A stretch of DNA of 32,389 bases from Fidelibacterota bacterium (lineage in GTDB: Bacteria; Fidelibacterota; Marinisomatia; Marinisomatales; TCS56), in NCBI GenBank assembly GCA_013203015.1, contig JABMPO010000052.1, forward strand, positions 1 to 32,389, given 5' to 3'. Of this stretch, positions 1-9,233 are shown piece after piece; position 1 is the stretch's first letter; the number at the start of each line of letters is the position of its first letter. Below the pieces are notes generated by a model. It was not told where the DNA came from. It worked only from the letters and a program-made list of their open reading frames with translations, and searched no databases. The position numbers and the translations under genes are program-made.

Positions 1-1
1 G

Positions 2-865
2 CGTTATATCATTGCTGGCAAGGGAAACCGCTTACGTACCATTTTATTACGATTGGTCCGGGAAATCTACTCAGCGCCCGCACCCGATCTGAAAAATGCC
101 AGTCTGGCAGTTGAATTGCTGCACAATTTTACCCTGGTTCATGATGACATCATGGATGGCGATGACCAACGGCATGGCCAGCCGACCGTGCATAATGAGT
201 GGGATGAATCGACCGCTATTTTAACCGGTGACGGAATCTTCGCCATCAGCCAGTTGTTGATTGGAAAAGTGAAAACCAATCCGCTACTCTGCTGGACTCG
301 GTTCAATGAAGCGATCCTGGAAGTATGTGAGGGGCAGGCTTACGATAAAGAGTTCGAAGATGAAATTGATATCACCATGGACCAGTACCTCATGATGGTT
401 ACCAAAAAGACCGGGAACCTGCTAGGATTATGTGCCGAGCTGGGTGGAATACTGGGTGATCAGCCCCGCGCAACCTGTCGGGTTCTATATGAGTATGGCG
501 TCATTTTGGGACAGGCCTTCCAGATTCAGGATGATATGCTGGAAATTAGTGCATCCCCTGCTAAAATGGGCAAAAGTCTGGGCAGCGATATTGCCGCCGG
601 TAAACAGACGGCGCTTACTATCCTGGCCCGGGAAAGAAATGCCGACGAATGGCAGCGTTTTCAGGCGGAACAATCGGATCGATCTGAAGTCGAATTATGT
701 TCGGCCTATTATGATTATTACCGGGTAACAGGAATACTGGATTTGTGCCGGAAAATGACTGCTGAACTTATAGCAGCCGCTCTGGCCAAGCTGGATATTA
801 TCCCTGAAGCTAAGCGCGGCAACATGCTGGCTTTTTCAGAACTGGTATTGAATCGTAAAAAATAG
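2..865 (+). CDS. polyprenyl (trans-isoprenyl) diphosphate synthase, 5'-truncated by the window edge
   Basis: The frame of the listed ORF stays open back to base 2 (RYIIAGKGNRLRTILL... precedes the listed TTG), so the gene enters from the left. Both Asp-rich motifs are present (LVHDDIMDGDD and FQIQDDMLE). Product chain length cannot be inferred. Confidence 0.9.
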   Translation, partial: RYIIAGKGNRLRTILLRLVREIYSAPAPDLKNASLAVELLHNFTLVHDDIMDGDDQRHGQPTVHNEWDESTAILTGDGIFAISQLLIGKVKTNPLLCWTRFNEAILEVCEGQAYDKEFEDEIDITMDQYLMMVTKKTGNLLGLCAELGGILGDQPRATCRVLYEYGVILGQAFQIQDDMLEISASPAKMGKSLGSDIAAGKQTALTILARERNADEWQRFQAEQSDRSEVELCSAYYDYYRVTGILDLCRKMTAELIAAALAKLDIIPEAKRGNMLAFSELVLNRKK

Positions 866-909
866 CCCAATGATGAGTTACATTATTAGCAATAAGAATT
901 GGAGTACTA

Positions 910-1953
910 ATGGATAAAAAAGTGCGATCGGAAATCGATCCGCAGAATATGTACCAGGCTATATTTGATTTTCCCGATCACATGGCAGATGCTATTCGCA
1001 TTGGGTCGGCCATCAATTTGAAGAATGATTATTCCGGTGTCAGAAATATTGTATTGGCCGGAATGGGGGGATCCGCGATTGGCGGCGATGTAGCCCACAT
1101 GCTGATCGGCGCCGACATTAAAATACCCTTCAAGGTTTCCCGTGGGTATACCCTGCCAAACTGGGTTGGGGCAGACACGTTGGTTATCTGTTCATCATAC
1201 TCCGGCAATACCGAAGAAACCCTGGCGGCCTTTGCTGAAGCTCAATATAAGAATGCCCAGATTTGCGGTATCACCACCGGCGGTAAAATTGGTGAATTGC
1301 TCACGGCCAACGGTTATGACAAAATTGATATCATTCCCGGTTTGCAGCCCCGGGCCGCATTGGCTTATTCATTTATTACGATTTTGTATTTATTAAATAA
1401 AATTGCCGCGATCGGATCTGGTTTCGCAGCTCATTTGCAGGCGTCGATTGATCTGTTAAAAGCAGTTCGTAATGAATATTCAGGAGCAACGAACAACCCT
1501 ACCCTGAATATTGCCCGTAAAATCAGCAAAACTCTGCCAATAATCTATGGTGAAACCGAAGCAACTGCCATCGTCGCAAACCGCTGGCGGGGGCAAATCA
1601 GCGAAAACGCCAAGATGCTGGCCTACAGCAATGAATTACCCGAAATGAATCATAACGAGATCGTGGGCTGGTTGAATAATCCGGTATTGCTTAAACATTT
1701 AACCGTAATCTGGTTACAGGATCCGGATGATCATCCCCGGGTAAAATTACGCCAGCAGATCAGTCGGGAATTGATCGGTGAATTTTGTGAGCAGGAAGTA
1801 ATTTCAGTGGCGGGTGAGAGCCGCATTGCTCGATTGTTGCACCTGATTCATTTTGGCGATTGGTTGAGTTACTGGCTGGCTCTTGAACATTCAACCGATC
1901 CGACCCCGGTTGAAAAAATAATGAATCTGAAAGATCGTCTTGCAAAGCTGTAA
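910..1953 (+). CDS. bifunctional phosphoglucose/phosphomannose isomerase family protein (SIS domain)
   Basis: ATG at 910 is preceded by GGAG (901-904). SIS-type glycine loop LAGMGGSAIGGD. The ~347-aa length and overall look match the PGI/PMI family. Confidence 0.8.
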   Translation: MDKKVRSEIDPQNMYQAIFDFPDHMADAIRIGSAINLKNDYSGVRNIVLAGMGGSAIGGDVAHMLIGADIKIPFKVSRGYTLPNWVGADTLVICSSYSGNTEETLAAFAEAQYKNAQICGITTGGKIGELLTANGYDKIDIIPGLQPRAALAYSFITILYLLNKIAAIGSGFAAHLQASIDLLKAVRNEYSGATNNPTLNIARKISKTLPIIYGETEATAIVANRWRGQISENAKMLAYSNELPEMNHNEIVGWLNNPVLLKHLTVIWLQDPDDHPRVKLRQQISRELIGEFCEQEVISVAGESRIARLLHLIHFGDWLSYWLALEHSTDPTPVEKIMNLKDRLAKL

Positions 1954-1997
1954 TAAATATTGTAGCTATTTTAGTAATCTGGTATATTAATTATCAA

Positions 1998-2558
1998 ATG
2001 GCGAACATACCGGTAAAAGTTGAGAAGATAGCTTATCACTCCCCGACGCATAGTTATGCAATATTACTCAGGGAACAGAATGGTGATCGCAGACTGCCGG
2101 TGATAGTTGGCGCTTATGAAGCCCAGGCAATTGCTATGGCTATTGAGAATGTCAGTACTCCCCGGCCAATGGTGCACGACCTGGTCGGCAATATCATTCA
2201 GGAAATCGATGCTCAGCTGGTGTCGGTAATAATCAGCGATTTAAAAGATGGGGTATATTACGCTAATCTGGAACTTGAGAGTCAGCAATATGGTTCACAT
2301 CAGGTTGATGCTCGTCCCAGTGATGCCATTGCCATCGCATTGCGATTAAGTGCCGAGATTATGATATCAGAGACTGTGTTGGATAAAGCTGATGTTTCTG
2401 AAAAGGAAATCTCGCGGGTCATTAAATCGAAGGATTCTACAGGTACCGAGCCGAGCCTTACAAAACTGGAAAGTGATTTAAACCGGGCTATTTCCGAAGA
2501 GGAATATGAAATTGCCGCCCAATTACGGGATAAGATAAAAGAATTATATTCCGATTAG
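1998..2558 (+). CDS. bifunctional nuclease (DUF151) with C-terminal UVR motif
   Basis: DUF151-like core (RLPVIVGAYEAQAIAMA, RPMVHDL, DARPSDAIAIALR) plus a UvrB/UvrC-type helical motif (EEEYEIAAQLRDKIKEL). There is no Shine-Dalgarno before the ATG at 1998. Confidence 0.75.
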   Translation: MANIPVKVEKIAYHSPTHSYAILLREQNGDRRLPVIVGAYEAQAIAMAIENVSTPRPMVHDLVGNIIQEIDAQLVSVIISDLKDGVYYANLELESQQYGSHQVDARPSDAIAIALRLSAEIMISETVLDKADVSEKEISRVIKSKDSTGTEPSLTKLESDLNRAISEEEYEIAAQLRDKIKELYSD

Positions 2559-3263
2559 TTATAGTAGTTTTTCGATAGCAATTTGAGCCGCGGTTTGTTC
2601 TGCGGCTTTTTTATTGCTGCCTAATCCTGGGCGATACGATTTAGACCCGATTTTAATATAAACTTCAAACAGCTTTTGATGTTCAGGACCAGAAACCGAA
2701 GCGATACAGAATTTGGGGTTTTCCAACTGATGGGAATGACAATATTCAATCAATCGCCCCTTATAATTGGTTGTTTTCCAGGCATCTGCCCGATGTCGCC
2801 AGACAGAATCAAGGATGATTTTTTGACAGGGAACAAAACCGCCATCCATATAAATTGCACCGATTAAGGCTTCATAAACATTACCTGATTGTTTTTCGGC
2901 TATTTTTTCATTATTCAGATCCACCGAAGATTCAATATGTAATAATGAAAGCAGATCCAATAAAAGTCCCATATCTGACAGAAAGGATTTTTGAACTAAA
3001 GCCGATCGCTTCTGGGTTAAAATTCCTTCATCGCCTTCCGGGAATTCTTCCATTAAAGCTTCACTGATAACCAAGTCGATAACCGCATCACCGAGGAATT
3101 CAAGGCGTTCATAATTTTCACGTGGTTTGAATTCCATTGAGCGGTGGGTGAATGCTTGCTCAATATAGTGCAGGTTGGAGAAGCGGTAGCCAATTCGCTT
3201 TTCTAACTTAATAAATTTACTGTTCCGTCGTCGCTTTCCGAATAAGCGTTTTAAAAAAGTCAA
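2559..3263 (-). CDS. rnc: ribonuclease III
   Basis: RNase III signature ERLEFLGDAV and a C-terminal dsRBD (KGRLIEYC...GSNKKAAEQTAAQIAIEKL). The only start upstream of the conserved N-terminus is TTG at 3263, directly abutting the fabF stop (3264-3266). The exact start is uncertain. Confidence 0.92.
   Translation of the reverse strand: MTFLKRLFGKRRRNSKFIKLEKRIGYRFSNLHYIEQAFTHRSMEFKPRENYERLEFLGDAVIDLVISEALMEEFPEGDEGILTQKRSALVQKSFLSDMGLLLDLLSLLHIESSVDLNNEKIAEKQSGNVYEALIGAIYMDGGFVPCQKIILDSVWRHRADAWKTTNYKGRLIEYCHSHQLENPKFCIASVSGPEHQKLFEVYIKIGSKSYRPGLGSNKKAAEQTAAQIAIEKLL
2586..2612 (+). terminator. candidate intrinsic terminator for the + strand nuclease gene, embedded in the 3' coding end of convergent rnc
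   Basis: AGCCGC (2586-2591), a 10-nt loop, GCGGCT (2602-2607), then TTTTTTATT. It lies 28 nt after the TAG at 2556-2558. Confidence 0.5.
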
Positions 3264-4505
3264 TTAGTCTGCCCAGCGCTTAATTAACAGGACAGCGTTG
3301 TGACCTCCAAATCCTAATGAGTTAGAAATCACTGTATTAACACTGGCTTTTATTGCGCTATTTGGTACATAATTTAAATCGCATTCCGGATCGGTCGTTT
3401 CCAGATTGATTGTTGGTGGTATCAATTGATGTTGAATTGCCAACACAGCTGCAATGGCTTCAAGACCGCCGCTGGCACCCAGGGAATGCCCAGTCATTGA
3501 TTTAGTTGAACTAACTCTCAATTTATAGGCATGCTCACCGAAAACAGCCTTAATCGCGGCTGTTTCGTTTTTGTCATTATAGGGGGTAGAAGTACCATGA
3601 GCATTAATATAATCAACTTCACTGGGTTGCATATTTGCATCAGTCAAAGCCATTTGCATGGCAACGGCAGCACCGGCGCCACCGGCTGCTGGCTGGGTAA
3701 CGTGAAAGGCATCATCGGTTGCTCCGTAGCCGCCAATTTCAGCTAATATATTCGCTCCACGTTTTAGAGCGTGACTCAACTCTTCAAGCACTAGTATGCC
3801 GGCGCCCTCGGCAATCACAAAGCCATTTCGATTGAGGTCAAATGGTCGGCTTGCGGTGGCCGGTATAGCGTTGCTCGTTGACAGGGCTTTCATGTTAGCA
3901 AATCCAGCGACTGCCATTGGAGAAACTGAAGCTTCTGTTCCACCGGTGATCATGACATCTGCGTAACCATGTTGAATCGCTCGGAAGGCTTGCCCGATCG
4001 CATCAGTGCCGGACGCACAGGCGGACACAACGACATGATTAGGACCTTTGAATCCCCAGCGAATTGCTAAATGACCAGCAGCGATATTGGCAATCATTTT
4101 GGGAATAAAAAACGGTGATATGCGCCGCGGACCTTTTTCCACCATGATCCGGTGCTGATCCTCAAATGTTCCTATTCCGCCAATTCCAGACCCAATAATA
4201 ACACCTGTCCGCTCTGGTGTTGCAGCGTTGATAATCTCGGCGTTTTCAATTGCTTCACCGGCTGCTACCAGCCCATACATGGAAAAACGATCAAGCTTAC
4301 GGGAGTCTTTTTTATCAAAGAAGTCAAGCGGCTGAAAGTCGGTTAGTTCCCCAGCTATTTTGACAGAATAATCAGTCGTATCGAAATAAGTGATAAAATC
4401 GATACCGCTCGTTCCGGAGCGTAACGCATCCCAGTATTGTGGAATGGTACTACCGTTGGGAGCTAAAACTCCCATGCCGGTAACAACTACACGCCGTTGT
4501 GGCAC
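3264..4505 (-). CDS. fabF: 3-oxoacyl-ACP synthase II
   Basis: RRVVVTGMG N-terminus, active-site Cys in VVSACASGT, and the His motifs HGTSTP and GHSLGASG. GTG start at 4505, 6 nt after the acpP stop. Confidence 0.96.
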   Translation of the reverse strand: MPQRRVVVTGMGVLAPNGSTIPQYWDALRSGTSGIDFITYFDTTDYSVKIAGELTDFQPLDFFDKKDSRKLDRFSMYGLVAAGEAIENAEIINAATPERTGVIIGSGIGGIGTFEDQHRIMVEKGPRRISPFFIPKMIANIAAGHLAIRWGFKGPNHVVVSACASGTDAIGQAFRAIQHGYADVMITGGTEASVSPMAVAGFANMKALSTSNAIPATASRPFDLNRNGFVIAEGAGILVLEELSHALKRGANILAEIGGYGATDDAFHVTQPAAGGAGAAVAMQMALTDANMQPSEVDYINAHGTSTPYNDKNETAAIKAVFGEHAYKLRVSSTKSMTGHSLGASGGLEAIAAVLAIQHQLIPPTINLETTDPECDLNYVPNSAIKASVNTVISNSLGFGGHNAVLLIKRWAD

Positions 4506-4511
4506 AAAAAA

Positions 4512-4742
4512 CTAAGTTTTGTTTTCGATATAATCGATGGCGGCGCCAACTGTGGTAATATTTTCGGCATCTTCATCAGGAATTTCTACACCGAATTCTT
4601 CTTCTAGCTGCATAATCAATTCTACTGTATCCAATGAATCCGCACCTAAATCATCAACGAAATGGGCTTCACGGGTAATTTTATCTTCTTCAACTCCAAG
4701 CTTGTCAATGATTACTTCTTTGATCTTTGCATATGTATCCAT
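4512..4742 (-). CDS. acpP: acyl carrier protein
   Basis: 76 aa with the phosphopantetheine attachment motif [17 protein letters not shown] Shine-Dalgarno upstream of the ATG at 4742. Confidence 0.97.
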   Translation of the reverse strand: MDTYAKIKEVIIDKLGVEEDKITREAHFVDDLGADSLDTVELIMQLEEEFGVEIPDEDAENITTVGAAIDYIENKT

Positions 4743-4760
4743 TACTATCTCCTTGTATTT

Positions 4761-5504
4761 CTACATTGTCATGCCGCCATCAACGGCGTAGGTTTGTCCA
4801 GTGATGTAACCGGCGGCATCAGATGCCAAAAACTGAACCATTGTGGCGATATCTTTTGAGTTTCCAATTCTTCTAAGAGGTATCTGAGCGATCATAGCCT
4901 CTTTTATTTCCGGTTTTAATCCGGCTGTCATATCAGTTTCGATGAATCCTGGCGCGATACAGTTTACGGTTATTCCCCGCGATGCTAATTCCCGGGCAGT
5001 AGCTTTGGTGAAACCGATCAAGCCTGCTTTTGAGGCGGCATAATTGGTCTGACCGGCATTTCCGGTTAAGCCAACTACCGATGAAATATTTATTATTCTT
5101 CCATGACGCTGTCGCATCATGGGGCGGGTTACTGCCTTGGTAGTATTGAAGGCACCCTTTAGATTGGTGTTTATAACCGTATCCCAATCCTCTTCTGACA
5201 TACGCATCAGCAATGTGTCTCGAGTAATACCGGCATTATTGACCAGAATATCAATTTTTCCCAGGTCTTTTACAATCGATTGGACCAGGTCGGCCGCTGC
5301 TTTGAAATCGGCAATATCACAAGCGGCAAAACTGGCTTTGAACCCCTTGCTTTTTAATTCCGAGGCAACGGATTTGACAGCTTCGAAACTGCGACTCACG
5401 CAAACTACGTGAGCACCGGCTTCAGCCAGGTTTTCCACGATTCCTTGGCCTATTCCCCGTGAGGCTCCGGTAACTATCGCGATATAATTATCTAATCTAA
5501 ACAT
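4761..5504 (-). CDS. fabG: 3-oxoacyl-ACP reductase
   Basis: SDR motifs TGASRGIG and YAASKAG. I prefer the ATG at 5504 (MFRLDNYIAIVTG), which overlaps the fabD stop by 8 nt, over the track's upstream TTG at 5519. Confidence 0.95.
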   Translation of the reverse strand: MFRLDNYIAIVTGASRGIGQGIVENLAEAGAHVVCVSRSFEAVKSVASELKSKGFKASFAACDIADFKAAADLVQSIVKDLGKIDILVNNAGITRDTLLMRMSEEDWDTVINTNLKGAFNTTKAVTRPMMRQRHGRIINISSVVGLTGNAGQTNYAASKAGLIGFTKATARELASRGITVNCIAPGFIETDMTAGLKPEIKEAMIAQIPLRRIGNSKDIATMVQFLASDAAGYITGQTYAVDGGMTM

Positions 5505-6420
5505 CTTTATAATTATCAATATCGGTTAATGATTCAATACCACTAACCTCGAATTTACGATTAATTCGCCTTAACAAACCCTGTAAAACTCGCCCGGGTC
5601 CAACTTCAATAAAATTGGTAATACCAGCGCTGCCCATATTGCTAATTGAAGCCTGCCAGCGAACCGGATTTTCCAATTGATTGATCAGGTTCTTGCGGAT
5701 TTCTGAGCCAATTGTGACTGGTTTGGTGGTCACATTGCTGTAAACCGGTATGGTCAGGTCGTTGATCATGGTGTCAGCCAGTTTCTGCGCCAGTTTTTCC
5801 CGGGCCGGAGTCATCAAAGGGGAATGAAAGGCACCGCTTACATTCAGTTCGATAACTTTCCGGGCTCCATATTCTTTGGCGATGGTCATTGCGCTGTGCA
5901 CACCAGCCACTGAACCTGATATGACGATCTGGCCGGGCGCATTGAAATTTGCCACAACCACGATCCCGGAATCGGTGGCTTTTTGACAAACTTGCTCAAC
6001 TTGTGACTCGTCCAGACCGATTATTGCGGCCATTGCGCCAGTTTGTGCCTGACCCGCTTCCTGCATGCTCGCTGCCCGCAGTTTTACCAGTTCCAATCCG
6101 GTGGCAAAATCAAAAGCACCGGCAATAGTCAGTGCCGAGTATTCGCCCAAACTGTGGCCGGCAACAGCTGCTGGTTTAATGCCTTTTTCTAGTAGCAATT
6201 GACCAGTTATAACACTGACGATGTAAATCGCCGGTTGTGTATAACGGGTCTGTTTCAGCGTTTCTTCGGGACCATTCAGGATAACATCGCTGATCTTGCT
6301 GCCCATTATATCATCGGCTAAATCAAAATAATTTTTCCCCATTTCTGTATTGCTATAAAAATCCAGCCCCATTCCCACTTTCTGGGAAGCCTGACCTGGG
6401 AATATAAATGCTATTTTCAT
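5497..6420 (-). CDS. fabD: malonyl-CoA:ACP transacylase
   Basis: FIFPGQASQ N-terminus and active-site GHSLGEYSAL. ATG at 6420. Confidence 0.96.
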   Translation of the reverse strand: MKIAFIFPGQASQKVGMGLDFYSNTEMGKNYFDLADDIMGSKISDVILNGPEETLKQTRYTQPAIYIVSVITGQLLLEKGIKPAAVAGHSLGEYSALTIAGAFDFATGLELVKLRAASMQEAGQAQTGAMAAIIGLDESQVEQVCQKATDSGIVVVANFNAPGQIVISGSVAGVHSAMTIAKEYGARKVIELNVSGAFHSPLMTPAREKLAQKLADTMINDLTIPVYSNVTTKPVTIGSEIRKNLINQLENPVRWQASISNMGSAGITNFIEVGPGRVLQGLLRRINRKFEVSGIESLTDIDNYKDV

Positions 6421-6427
6421 TGTTTCA

Positions 6428-7405
6428 TCACCAGCGAATCAACGTACTGCCCCAGGTATAGCCCGCACCAAATGCTGCCAGCAGCAATAAATCACCCTTA
6501 ACTAGTCGGCCATTTTCCACCGATTCATCAATTCCGATTGGAATAGTAGCTCCAGTAGTGTTGCCGTATTTACCGATATTCAAAACAACTTGTTCCTCGG
6601 TGAATCCACAACGTCGGGCCGATACATCAATGATGCGTTTATTTGCCTGATGGGGTATGAATAATTTAACGTCAGATCCGCTAAAATTATTTCTTTCCAG
6701 GATTTCCAGACTTACATCAGCCATACCTTTTGCAGCCACTTTAAAGACTGCCTGGCCATCCTGGATTACATAGTGTTCTTTATTTGCAACGGTTTCGTGA
6801 CTGGTGGGTTTCAGGCTACCGCCAGCCGGCATGTAAAGAAATTGAGCGCCATTTCCATCGATGTGTAATTTGGCGTCGATAATTCCTGAATCGTCTTCAC
6901 TTGGTTCCAGCAATACCGCTCCAGCACCGTCACCAAACAGAATACAGGTATTTCGATCTTCATAATTCAAAATTGCAGACATTGTATCGGCGCCGATTAC
7001 AATTACCTTGGAATACTTCCCGGATTCCACAAATTTGGCGCCCGCTTCCAGAGCGTATAAAAATCCGGTACAGGCCCCGGATAAATCGAAGCCCCAGGCA
7101 TTTTTAGCACCCAGGTTATTCTGGATCAGAGCGGCCGTAGCTGGAAATGGCAGGTCCGGGGTAATGGTCGCCAAAATAATAATATCAATTTCATCAGGAC
7201 TGATCCCGGTTTTATCAAGTATCTTTTGGACTGCGCGGGTTCCCATATCCGCTGTAGCCTGTCCGGGAGCCACCATTCTTCTTTCAGAAATACCAGTTCG
7301 CGTGCGGATCCATTCATCGTTGGTATCAACAATTTTTTCCAGATCTGCATTCGTGATAATTTTTTCTGGTAAATAACGCGCAGTTGCGCTGATCATTGCC
7401 TTCAA
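6428..7405 (-). CDS. fabH: 3-oxoacyl-ACP synthase III
   Basis: Motifs NADLEKIVDTNDEWIRTRTGI, active-site Cys in GACTGFLYAL, HQANKRI and GNTTGATIP. The start is either TTG at 7405 (TTGA overlap with the plsX stop) or ATG at 7396. Confidence 0.95.
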   Translation of the reverse strand: MKAMISATARYLPEKIITNADLEKIVDTNDEWIRTRTGISERRMVAPGQATADMGTRAVQKILDKTGISPDEIDIIILATITPDLPFPATAALIQNNLGAKNAWGFDLSGACTGFLYALEAGAKFVESGKYSKVIVIGADTMSAILNYEDRNTCILFGDGAGAVLLEPSEDDSGIIDAKLHIDGNGAQFLYMPAGGSLKPTSHETVANKEHYVIQDGQAVFKVAAKGMADVSLEILERNNFSGSDVKLFIPHQANKRIIDVSARRCGFTEEQVVLNIGKYGNTTGATIPIGIDESVENGRLVKGDLLLLAAFGAGYTWGSTLIRW

Positions 7406-8406
7406 ATTTGTACTCCTAAATGTTCTGCCAAACTAACTTTCGTATCTTCGATAAGGTTTTTTTCTACGCAGGTTTTAGCTACCAATATGGAATTTTTAAT
7501 GGCTTTTCCAGTGGAACTGCCGTGACAAATTATGCTAACTCCCTTAACTCCAAGTAATGGTGCACCACCATATTCCTCGTAATCAAATTGTTTTTTTAAT
7601 TTAGAAAAAACCGGTTTTAACAATAGACCGCCCAGGGTATAACGTGGGTGATTACCAATTTTATTGCGGATTTCAGCGCTAAATGTTTTAACCCAGGCCT
7701 CGGCGAATTTTAACACTGTATTGCCAACGAAACCGTCGCAAACTAGAACTTTGGCTTCGCAATCGAGTAGATGACGTCCTTCAACGTTCCCTATAAAATT
7801 GTCCAGTTCCTGCTTTAGTAGTTTGTACGTTTTCTGATAAAGTTCACTGCCTTTATTGGATTCACTACCGATATTGACCAAACCAATTGGCGGATTTTTA
7901 ATTTTTTCCACATGTGAAAGGTAATGAGATGCCATAATAGCGAACTGCAGCATATGGTAAGGCTTGGCATCGGGATTGGCGCCGACATCGCAAAGTATTT
8001 TCCCACCCATTAAAGTAGGGATATAGGCCCCCAGGGCTGGTCTTCTGACTCCCTGTATCCGCCCTAAGCCAAATAGAGAAGTGGACATAACCGCGCCAGT
8101 GTTGCCGGCGCTGATGAAGGCATCCGCCTTTCCATCTTTGACTAATTTAAGCCCCTTTACAATCGATGAGTCCGGTTTGGTCTTTATTACCCGCGAGCCA
8201 GGCTCATCCATGGTAATAATTTGGGTAGTGGGGAGGATACTGATTCTATCATTATTATCAGTACCTAACTCAGATTTGATAGCGTTTTCGTCCCCAACCA
8301 GAATATAATGTATATCAGTGGGAGTGTCCGGTATAGCCTGCAATACCCCCTGTATAACAGCCTGAGGGGCAAAATCTCCCCCCATGGCATCCAATGCTAA
8401 ATGCAT
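7402..8406 (-). CDS. plsX: phosphate acyltransferase PlsX
   Basis: N-terminus MHLALDAMGGDFAP. ~334 aa in the canonical position between rpmF and fabH. Confidence 0.95.
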   Translation of the reverse strand: MHLALDAMGGDFAPQAVIQGVLQAIPDTPTDIHYILVGDENAIKSELGTDNNDRISILPTTQIITMDEPGSRVIKTKPDSSIVKGLKLVKDGKADAFISAGNTGAVMSTSLFGLGRIQGVRRPALGAYIPTLMGGKILCDVGANPDAKPYHMLQFAIMASHYLSHVEKIKNPPIGLVNIGSESNKGSELYQKTYKLLKQELDNFIGNVEGRHLLDCEAKVLVCDGFVGNTVLKFAEAWVKTFSAEIRNKIGNHPRYTLGGLLLKPVFSKLKKQFDYEEYGGAPLLGVKGVSIICHGSSTGKAIKNSILVAKTCVEKNLIEDTKVSLAEHLGVQI

Positions 8407-8419
8407 TTATCGGGATTAA

Positions 8420-8599
8420 TTAATCCGACGTGGATATTACCGGCCGTCCGCGGTAATAACCGCAATTGGGGCAGGCTCGATGGGGCATTTTGGTCTGACC
8501 ACACTGCGGGCAGTCCATAACTGTAATAGTAGCTGCTTTATAATGCGTGCGACGTTTACGCCCGCGGGCTTTAGAAATTCTGTATTTTGGTAGTGCCAT
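8420..8599 (-). CDS. rpmF: 50S ribosomal protein L32
   Basis: Not in the ORF track (59 aa). Hand translation gives MALPKYRISKARGRKRRTHYKAATITVMDCPQCGQTKMPHRACPNCGYYRGRPVISTSD, with an AGGAG Shine-Dalgarno upstream and a TAA stop at 8420-8422. It has a CxxC...CxxC zinc ribbon and sits in the canonical yceD-rpmF-plsX context. Confidence 0.93.
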   Translation of the reverse strand: MALPKYRISKARGRKRRTHYKAATITVMDCPQCGQTKMPHRACPNCGYYRGRPVISTSD

Positions 8600-8634
8600 G
8601 AGTTGCTCCTAATTCTCTGGACAAAAACTTTGCT

Positions 8635-9123
8635 TTATTTTTTTAATACGTTCCAGCGATCATTTATTGAATTCACCGGACAATCACAGTTAGAATTATT
8701 CAGATTGTGGCCGCAGGTGGTACATAATCCTTTACAAGATTCCTTACACACAGTTTTTATTGATTTATCAAGGAAAATTAAGTCTTGGATTGTGTCCGAT
8801 AAATCAACCCAGTCCTGATTATCTGGGAAAGGAATAATATCATCACTTTTATCGGTTAACACTTCCTGATTGGAAGTCAACCACAACGTCAGGGGAATTT
8901 GATGTGGTTGTTCATAATCATCCAGGCATCGATCACAGGTCTCAATTGTTGTTAATTCCAACGTTCCATTAAGTTTATAACCATCCATTGATGGGCAGGA
9001 AGTAAGGGCGCACTGAAGATATTCTTTGGTGATGACGAATTCACCAGTGTTTAATTCATTTACTGGAATTTCAAAAAGCGTATTATTTAATCCATTGATC
9101 AAATCTGTACGAAAAAGCTTCAT
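8635..9123 (-). CDS. YceD/DUF177 family protein (large-subunit ribosome maturation accessory protein)
   Basis: Position immediately upstream of rpmF, and C-terminal Cys-rich motifs (CDRCL..., CKESCKGLCTTCGHNLNNSNCDC) typical of DUF177. Confidence 0.85.
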   Translation of the reverse strand: MKLFRTDLINGLNNTLFEIPVNELNTGEFVITKEYLQCALTSCPSMDGYKLNGTLELTTIETCDRCLDDYEQPHQIPLTLWLTSNQEVLTDKSDDIIPFPDNQDWVDLSDTIQDLIFLDKSIKTVCKESCKGLCTTCGHNLNNSNCDCPVNSINDRWNVLKK

Positions 9124-9162
9124 TTTAAGCCTGCAAAAGTAATCTTTGTTCTAGTCTCAAAC

Positions 9163-9204
9163 AAGAATAAAAAGTGCCTGGTTACACAGGCACTTTTTAT
9201 TCTT
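9163..9204 (-). terminator. intrinsic terminator (perfect 18-bp inverted repeat, structurally bidirectional)
   Basis: AAGAATAAAAAGTGCCTG, loop GTTACA, CAGGCACTTTTTATTCTT. It has a GC core stem and a T-tract on both strands, and lies 30 nt downstream of the stop at 9234. Confidence 0.85.
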
Positions 9205-9233
9205 ATACTACTTAATTACGAATGAAAGACTGG

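Noticed and set aside
1960-1988. A sigma70-like TTGTAG-N17-TATATT only 9 nt upstream of the ATG at 1998, suggesting a near-leaderless mRNA for the bifunctional nuclease, which also lacks a Shine-Dalgarno.
   Set aside because: It lies in a 44-nt AT-rich spacer where such hexamers arise easily by chance. It conflicts with the FCB-type promoter logic seen at rpmB, and I cannot test it without TSS data. I kept it as a note only.
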